Sequence record: DRR378314_188
Direction: 5' to 3' (one strand)
DNA length: 42,411 nucleotides
The stretch's first letter is position 1, and each line of letters opens with the position of its first letter. Positions 36,589 to 42,411 of the stretch are shown here, one piece after another. The position numbers and the translations under genes were made by a program. The notes under the pieces are model-generated. The model was not told where the DNA came from, searched no databases, and worked only from the letters and a program-made list of their open reading frames with translations.

Positions 36589-38373
36589 CTAGATCCACAG
36601 CCCCGAAAACGTGACTAGAAGCCCCAATGCGCATAGACCAACAGTTGCGAACACCCCACGCGCGCCAATCAAACCCGCCGAGACCAGCGTCAACCCCACG
36701 CCCATACGCGCAAGTGCCAGCAGCGCGCCCAGCGGATCATCAGCCAAGGTGAGGATCGCCGGATTGGCCACCATACCCAGCGGGATCAGATAGAGACCAA
36801 CCCCCAGCGACATCGCCGTCAGCGCCACCTTGAGCCAGCTCTCGCCAATCATTCCAGCCGCAATGAACACCGCGCCACAGACCGGCGGCGTGATCGTCGA
36901 CAACAGCGCAAACCAGAACACAAAGAGATGCGCCTGCAACGGCTCAAGCCCCAGTTTCGTCAGCGCAGGCCCCGCCACCGACACGCAGATCACATAGGCG
37001 GCCGTGGTCGGCACCTCCATGCCCAGCACCAGACAGGCCAGTGCCGTCAGCAGCAAGGACGGCCAAAGCAGCCCGCCAGAGCCTTGGATGATCAACGAGG
37101 TGATCTTGACCCCAAGCCCGGTGATCGACAGCACCCCGATGATGATCGACGCGCACAAGATAATCGCCGCGATCATCGACACCTGCCGCGCCGCATTCAG
37201 CAGTGCCGCCAAGGCCCGGTCGCGGATCTGGCCCGGCTTAAACGTCATCTCGGCGTTGAACAGCAGCAGGATCGCCCCCGCCAGCACTGACAGCGCCGCC
37301 GCATACTCCGGTGTGAACCCGGCCCCGAACATTGCCCACAAAAGCACGCTGAACGGGACGAGAAAAAACAGCGAGGTCACGACCACATCGCGTCGTTTGG
37401 GGCGGTCTTCTTCGGGCACGCCCTTGAGGTCAAATCGGCGGTTATAGGCATTGATGCCAACCCAGACCGCGAGGAAATACAACAGCGCCGGCAGCACCGC
37501 CGCCGCCATGATCGCCGTGTAAGGCACACCCGTCAGCTCAACCATCACAAAGGCGCCGGCCCCCATCAGGGGTGGCATGATCTGCCCGCCCGAGGAGGCC
37601 ACCGCCTCCACCGCCGCCGCCAGTCGCTTAGGATAGCCCAGCCGCACCATCGCGGGCATGGTGATCGCCCCTGTTGAGGCCACATTGGCCGAGGCCGACC
37701 CGGAGATGGACCCAAAGAGCGCCGAGGAAATCACCGAGACCTTGGCCGCGCCGCCCTTCAGCCGCCCCGCCGCCGCGCCTGCGACATTCATGAACCCCTG
37801 CCCCGCTTCGCCCGCGTTCAGAACCGCGCCAAAGATCACAAAGATCGACACCACGCCCACCGACACGCCCGTCAGCGAACCCCAGATGCCGCCTTCGGCA
37901 ATGGTGAGCGTGCCAAGAAAGCTCTCCAATGGAGTGCCGGAATGGCCAAATTCACCCGGAATATGCTGCCCGAACAGCCCGTACAAAAGCGCCAGCGCCG
38001 CCACCACCGGCAGCGGCCAGCCAATCGCACGCCGTGCGGTCTCCAGCACCACAGCCAAGAGGATCACCGCAATGACCACCTGCCCGCGCCCCTCAAGGAA
38101 GCCGTATTGATCGCCTAAGGCATCCGCGTTGAGCGCCACCCAGATCGCCGCGCCCGTGCCCAGCACCGCCAGCACAATCCCCGAATAAAACCGCCCCTTC
38201 GCGGTGACGCCAAAGACCAGCGCAAAGGGCAGGATAAACGCCATATGCAGCGGGCGGCTCACAAGGTTCGGCACGATCCCCGCAAACACAAGCGCGAGGT
38301 GATAGGCCACCAGCCCTGCGGCCAGCAGCAGCCAGAAGCCAGCCGCAAGGCGGCTTTTTGGTAAATGTGTCAT
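36589..38373 (-). CDS. TRAP transporter fused 4TM/12TM permease (TAXI-associated)
   Basis: GGAAKVSV; GSISGSASANVASTG; EAVASSGGQIMPPLMGAGAF; LGMEVPTTAAY; ITPPVC. Confidence 0.93.
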   Translation of the reverse strand: MTHLPKSRLAAGFWLLLAAGLVAYHLALVFAGIVPNLVSRPLHMAFILPFALVFGVTAKGRFYSGIVLAVLGTGAAIWVALNADALGDQYGFLEGRGQVVIAVILLAVVLETARRAIGWPLPVVAALALLYGLFGQHIPGEFGHSGTPLESFLGTLTIAEGGIWGSLTGVSVGVVSIFVIFGAVLNAGEAGQGFMNVAGAAAGRLKGGAAKVSVISSALFGSISGSASANVASTGAITMPAMVRLGYPKRLAAAVEAVASSGGQIMPPLMGAGAFVMVELTGVPYTAIMAAAVLPALLYFLAVWVGINAYNRRFDLKGVPEEDRPKRRDVVVTSLFFLVPFSVLLWAMFGAGFTPEYAAALSVLAGAILLLFNAEMTFKPGQIRDRALAALLNAARQVSMIAAIILCASIIIGVLSITGLGVKITSLIIQGSGGLLWPSLLLTALACLVLGMEVPTTAAYVICVSVAGPALTKLGLEPLQAHLFVFWFALLSTITPPVCGAVFIAAGMIGESWLKVALTAMSLGVGLYLIPLGMVANPAILTLADDPLGALLALARMGVGLTLVSAGLIGARGVFATVGLCALGLLVTFSGLWI

Positions 38374-38386
38374 CGGGGGGCCTTCA

Positions 38387-38430
38387 AAAGAAACAGCGCG
38401 CCGCAGGGATAGCGACCCCGAAGCGCGCTG
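38387..38430 (-). terminator. Hairpin plus U-tract after the TAXI receptor gene
   Basis: Minus strand CAGCGCGC...GCGCGCTG followed by TTTCTTTT. Confidence 0.55.
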
Positions 38431-38439
38431 GACAGTCGA

Positions 38440-39402
38440 TTATTGCTTTTGCGCGTCAGAGAGGGTGAAGCCTGCTTCCTCATAATAGCGCACCGCACCC
38501 GGATGCAGCGGCGTAGTGATATTGGCCATCAGCTCCTCGGTGACACCGTTCCACCACGCTGAGGTATCCGCCATTTCGGCCTTCTGCTCCCAATAGGTGC
38601 GGGTCAGCTGATAGGCGATGTCCTCGTCCATCTTGGTGGTGGTGAAGGCCGCCACCGGCAGCGAGGTGGTGGTCACATCCTCGGTCTGGCCCGCATAGGT
38701 GCCCGCCGGGATCACCAGCTTGGTGCGCTTCGTCTCGGCCACCTGTTCAGGCGTCAGCGACACCAGCCGCACCGGGGTAGAGGCTGCGGCCTCCACCACA
38801 TTCGGCGCCGGGAAGGACCCTGCGGTCACAAACGCCCCGATCTGGCCGTTCTTCAGCGCTGCCACCGCATTCGACAGCTCCGCATCCGCGATCTCGACCT
38901 TATCCGCCAGACCAAAGAGGGTCAGGTATTTCTCGCCCTCGGTCGCACCAAAGGAGCCTTTGCCCAACAGGAGCGTCTGCCCCTCCAGATCGTCAAGCGC
39001 GGCGGCACCGCCTTCACCTGCCATCACAAAATGCATGGTCAGCGACGGGATCGGGAACAGCGCGCGGATTTCATCAAACTGCGGCGCGGATTTGCCATCA
39101 AACGGGCCTTTGCCCTTTTGCGCGAGCGACACCAGCACCGGCGGCGTGGTGAAGACATAATCGCCCCCCCGCGCGCGCACTTCCATGACGTTCTGCGTGG
39201 ACCCTTGGCTCTCCTCGATGGTGACGATGATATCACCATTTGTGCCCGCCTTCATCGCCTCAGCCAGTTCGACCCCCATCTGGTAATAGGACGACCCGCT
39301 CTTGGCGGATTTATAGGTCACGCGCGTCTCTGCCTGTGCAGCGCCTGCCAGCAGAACGCCTGCCGCAAGCGCAGCACCGACGTGTTTGAAAAATTTCGTC
39401 AT
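38440..39402 (-). CDS. TAXI-family TRAP solute receptor
   Basis: Signal ending AQA|E; SAKSGSSYY; SQGSTQN; IPAGTYAGQ; PLHPGAVRYY. ATG 39402 follows GGAG. Confidence 0.92.
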   Translation of the reverse strand: MTKFFKHVGAALAAGVLLAGAAQAETRVTYKSAKSGSSYYQMGVELAEAMKAGTNGDIIVTIEESQGSTQNVMEVRARGGDYVFTTPPVLVSLAQKGKGPFDGKSAPQFDEIRALFPIPSLTMHFVMAGEGGAAALDDLEGQTLLLGKGSFGATEGEKYLTLFGLADKVEIADAELSNAVAALKNGQIGAFVTAGSFPAPNVVEAAASTPVRLVSLTPEQVAETKRTKLVIPAGTYAGQTEDVTTTSLPVAAFTTTKMDEDIAYQLTRTYWEQKAEMADTSAWWNGVTEELMANITTPLHPGAVRYYEEAGFTLSDAQKQ

Positions 39403-39883
39403 GGGGTCTCCTCCGTTCCGGTCGATATTTGGCCCGGTTCTGGCAGCATCTGCCACTGTGATGTGTTCGCCGCCGCAAGAGCGGGCAGGCTTGGTCTTAG
39501 AGAACGCCCTGCTGGTGCTGCCGTCAACTCCAAGAACATGGCTTTAAAGATGTTTTGGTCAACTTGGCGATCTATCAGCTGAAGGTTATTCGGCCCACGC
39601 GGCATGTGAAGTCGCTGATGCAGGCGCAGGATGGTACTGCACTCAATAACGCTTCGACCATTGCTGCTTTCGCAGCCTGAGCGCGCGATATGGTGTCGAG
39701 TGCAATCCTCGGCTCATCCGCGACCAAGAGCGACGGGGTCGCCGCAACGGCCCGGACGATGGCTATTCGCTGGCAGTGGCCAATGGAGAACTCGCCGAAA
39801 CGGGCCTCGATGTCCGCGCTCTAAACGCTCGACCCGCGCAAGGAAGCGATGCGCAAGAACCCTATAGTCAGAACCGATGCCGC

Positions 39884-39912
39884 TTGCAATCTGCGCTGTT
39901 TCTGAAATAAAG
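39884..39912 (+). promoter_or_regulatory. Putative sigma70 promoter of the que operon
   Basis: TTGCAA (39884..39889) with AATAAAG 16 nt downstream; this places the transcript start just before the riboswitch. Confidence 0.45.
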
Positions 39913-39919
39913 CCCGCCA

Positions 39920-39954
39920 TCCGGTCGCAGCCTACCCGGACATCAAAACAAGGG
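39920..39954 (+). ncRNA. preQ1 class I riboswitch (translational)
   Basis: P1 TCCGG/CCGGA encloses TCGCAG-CCTAC; 3' tail CATCAAAACAAGGG contains the SD 8 nt before the queC ATG. It matches the layout of the T. tengcongensis aptamer CUGGG-UCGCAG-UAAC-CCCAG-UUAACAAAACAAG (recalled from memory). Confidence 0.88.
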
Positions 39955-39962
39955 CCCCAAAA

Positions 39963-40664
39963 ATGAAAACACTTGTCATCTGCTCCGGCGGACTCGATTC
40001 CGTGTCCCTGGCGCACATCACAGCTCATGAGAGTGAACTTACCCGACTTGTCTCCTTTGACTATGGACAACGTCATCGCAAGGAGGTCAGTTTCGCAGAG
40101 GCCGCCGCCAAGCGGCTTGGCGTACCGTTTCACCTAATCGACATGCGCGGCATCGGTGCCGCCCTCACTGGCTCGGCACTGACCGACGATATCGACGTGC
40201 CCGATGGGCATTACGCCGAAGATACAATGCGCATAACCGTGGTGCCCAACCGCAATGCGATCATGCTTTCAATCGGCTTTGGCATCGCGGCCGCGCAGGG
40301 GGATGAGGCCGTCGCCACAGCCGTGCATGGAGGCGATCATTTTATCTATCCCGATTGCCGCCCCAGCTTCACCCGCGCCTTTGGCGCGATGCAGAACGCG
40401 GCCCTCGACGGCTATGCAGATGTTCGGCTTCACACGCCCTTCGTGGAGCGCAGCAAGGCCGATATTGTTCGCGCTGGCGCACAACGTGACACGCCGTTCG
40501 GCAAAACATGGTCCTGCTACAAGGGCGGCGAGGCGCATTGCGGGCGCTGCGGCACCTGTGTCGAGCGCCGTGAGGCCTTCCATCTTGCCGAGGTCAGGGA
40601 CCCCACGACTTATGCAGACCCAGACTATTGGATCACGGCGCTCGCCGAGCGGGAGGCAGAGTGA
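39963..40664 (+). CDS. queC: 7-cyano-7-deazaguanine synthase
   Basis: SGGLDS; FDYGQRH; VPNRN; YPDCR; TWSCY..G..HCGRCGTC. Confidence 0.97.
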   Translation: MKTLVICSGGLDSVSLAHITAHESELTRLVSFDYGQRHRKEVSFAEAAAKRLGVPFHLIDMRGIGAALTGSALTDDIDVPDGHYAEDTMRITVVPNRNAIMLSIGFGIAAAQGDEAVATAVHGGDHFIYPDCRPSFTRAFGAMQNAALDGYADVRLHTPFVERSKADIVRAGAQRDTPFGKTWSCYKGGEAHCGRCGTCVERREAFHLAEVRDPTTYADPDYWITALAEREAE

Positions 40665-41017
40665 TGTTCCGCATCCGCAAGGAGTTTCACTTCTCCGCCT
40701 CGCATCAATTGTCCCATCTCCCAGACGATCACCAATGTGCACGGCTACATGGGCACAATTACATCGTCGTGGTGGAACTGGCTGCCGAGATGCTGAATCA
40801 GGATGGTTTCGTGCGTGACTACCATAACCTAAAGCCGTTCAAGACCTATATCGACGATCACTTCGACCACCGACATCTGAATGAAGTGATAGACGGCCCG
40901 TCAACGGCAGAAAACATGGCTCGCCACTTCTATGAGTGGTGCGCGGCACGCTGGCCGGAGACCTGCGCCGTGCTAGTCAGCGAGACACCCAAGACCTGGG
41001 CTGAATACAGGCCATGA
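40664..41017 (+). CDS. queD: 6-carboxy-5,6,7,8-tetrahydropterin synthase
   Basis: [39 protein letters not shown]. Confidence 0.96.
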   Translation: MFRIRKEFHFSASHQLSHLPDDHQCARLHGHNYIVVVELAAEMLNQDGFVRDYHNLKPFKTYIDDHFDHRHLNEVIDGPSTAENMARHFYEWCAARWPETCAVLVSETPKTWAEYRP

Positions 41018-41721
41018 CCCTGCGCATAGCCGAGATTTTCGGTCCGACCATTCAAGGCGAAGGTGTCCTGATCGGCGAACCCACCGTCTTTGTCCGCGCC
41101 GGCGGCTGTGACTATCGGTGCAGCTGGTGTGACAGCCTGCATGCGGTAGACAGCCAATATCGCCACAGCTGGTCTCCGATGGAAACCGAGGCCGTCTGGG
41201 AGAAGGTCCGCCATCTCTCGGGAGGGCAGCCCTTGACCGTGTCGCTTTCGGGCGGCAACCCGGCGATCCAGAATTTTGGCCCGCTGATCGCCATGGGCCA
41301 AGCAGCAGGCTACCGCTTTGCCTGCGAAACCCAAGGATCGATCGCGCGGCCCTGGTTCTCGGATCTCGATACGCTAGTGCTGTCACCCAAACCGCCCTCC
41401 AGTGGCGAAGATGTGGATTGGGATGCCTTCACCGCCTGCTGCAAACTCGGTGCCGCTGCGCGCCAGCAGGTGATGAAAATCGTGATCTTCGACGACACCG
41501 ACTACCAATGGGCACGGAAGGTTCATTCCCACCACAGCGATCTTCCCCTTTATCTTCAGCCCGGAAACCCCGAGGTCGATCCGTCCACCCCGGTTGACCC
41601 GCAAGCCTTGGCTGACCGTCTGAGCTGGCTCACTGAAAAGGTGATGGCTGATCGGTGGTTCGCCCCTCGTATCCTGCCGCAGCTTCATGTCCTGATTTGG
41701 GGCAACAAGCGCGGCGTCTGA
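41014..41721 (+). CDS. queE: 7-carboxy-7-deazaguanine synthase (radical SAM)
   Basis: [40 protein letters not shown]. Confidence 0.96.
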   Translation: MTLRIAEIFGPTIQGEGVLIGEPTVFVRAGGCDYRCSWCDSLHAVDSQYRHSWSPMETEAVWEKVRHLSGGQPLTVSLSGGNPAIQNFGPLIAMGQAAGYRFACETQGSIARPWFSDLDTLVLSPKPPSSGEDVDWDAFTACCKLGAAARQQVMKIVIFDDTDYQWARKVHSHHSDLPLYLQPGNPEVDPSTPVDPQALADRLSWLTEKVMADRWFAPRILPQLHVLIWGNKRGV

Positions 41722-41737
41722 CCTGATGGAGATTTCC

Positions 41738-42202
41738 TTGTCCGAATACATCTACAGCAACCTAAAGCAACTTGGCGGTGAAACCCGCATCCCCAACAGC
41801 CCTGAAGAGGCGGAGCTGGAGCGCGTGCCGAATCCGCAGGCGGATATTGCCTACAACGTGCGCTTCACCGTGCCGGAATTTACCTCGCTTTGCCCAATGA
41901 CCGGCCAGCCAGACTTTGCCCATCTGGTCATCGATTACGTCCCCGGTCCTTGGCTCGTTGAGTCCAAGTCGCTTAAACTGTTCCTGACCTCTTTCCGTAA
42001 CCACGGCGCGTTTCACGAGGATTGTACAGTCTCCATTGCCCGCCGACTGGCCGATTTCCTCGACCCGCAATGGTTACGGATCGGCGGCTATTGGTATCCG
42101 CGAGGAGGCATCCCCATCGACGTCTTCTGGCAGACGGGTCCGATGCCCGAAGCGGTGTGGATTCCTGACCAAGGCGTTCCACCTTACCGCGGCCGGGGCT
42201 AG
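41738..42202 (+). CDS. queF: NADPH-dependent preQ0 reductase, short (type I) form
   Basis: [36 protein letters not shown] 41738 follows GGAG; alternative ATG at 41726. Confidence 0.95.
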   Translation: MSEYIYSNLKQLGGETRIPNSPEEAELERVPNPQADIAYNVRFTVPEFTSLCPMTGQPDFAHLVIDYVPGPWLVESKSLKLFLTSFRNHGAFHEDCTVSIARRLADFLDPQWLRIGGYWYPRGGIPIDVFWQTGPMPEAVWIPDQGVPPYRGRG

Positions 42203-42284
42203 GCGCCATTGGCCCAAAACCGGTTTTCGCCGCCGTCGTAGGACGCGCAACACCTGACTCGGCAGCGCCGCAAGGTCTTCGGCG

Positions 42285-42410
42285 TCAGGCGACCAGCGCC
42301 TCGGCCTTTTTCAGATCGACGGAAACCAGCTGGCTAACGCCCTTCTCCTGCATGGTGACGCCGAACAGACGGTCCATGCGCGCCATGGTCACCGCGTGGT
42401 GGGTGATGAT
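42285..42410 (-). CDS. smc: Chromosome segregation protein SMC, C-terminal fragment (runs off the window)
   Basis: Not in the ORF track. Minus-strand translation [41 protein letters not shown] matches the SMC head H-loop and the GVTM.E.GVS terminus. Confidence 0.9.
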   Translation of the reverse strand: MITHHAVTMARMDRLFGVTMQEKGVSQLVSVDLKKAEALVA

Positions 42411-42411
42411 C

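Noticed and set aside
39963-42202. que genes as a 7-deazaguanine DNA-modification (dpd) defence island
   Set aside because: No dpdA/tgt-like or other dpd genes are present; queF and a preQ1 riboswitch point to tRNA queuosine synthesis.
1-42411. CRISPR arrays, IS elements, integrases, tRNA/rRNA
   Set aside because: No regularly spaced repeats, transposase/integrase motifs or stable-RNA signatures were recognised by eye; short degenerate elements could have been missed.

Overview
High-GC alphaproteobacterial DNA; gene content and protein style suggest Rhodobacteraceae/Roseobacter group (inference). The 3' end of smc at the right edge suggests a chromosomal location. Left to right: a self-sufficient B12-dependent catabolic reductive dehalogenase fused to a PDR-type reductase, divergent from an AcrAB-like RND pump; a ParD-like/map pair; an NreB-like His-tailed MFS exporter; an uncharacterised four-gene operon led by a FAD oxidoreductase with a Tat-like signal; an inverse autotransporter with a beta-helix passenger; an MltB-type lytic transglycosylase; a LacI-regulated ABC uptake + atypical nucleoside hydrolase + adenine deaminase operon; a small lipoprotein and an L,D-transpeptidase; an orphan biosynthetic cluster (sulfotransferase divergent from KAS III, extended SDR, MBL hydrolase and F390-synthetase-like adenylating enzyme); a GMC oxidoreductase; minCDE; a TAXI-TRAP transporter; and queCDEF preceded by a clear preQ1-I riboswitch. 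The best candidates for undescribed systems are the sulfotransferase/KAS III/adenylation cluster, the FAD-oxidoreductase operon and the non-canonical purine salvage operon. No CRISPR array, IS, integrase, tRNA or rRNA was recognised. All calls come from reading motifs by eye; no searches were run.
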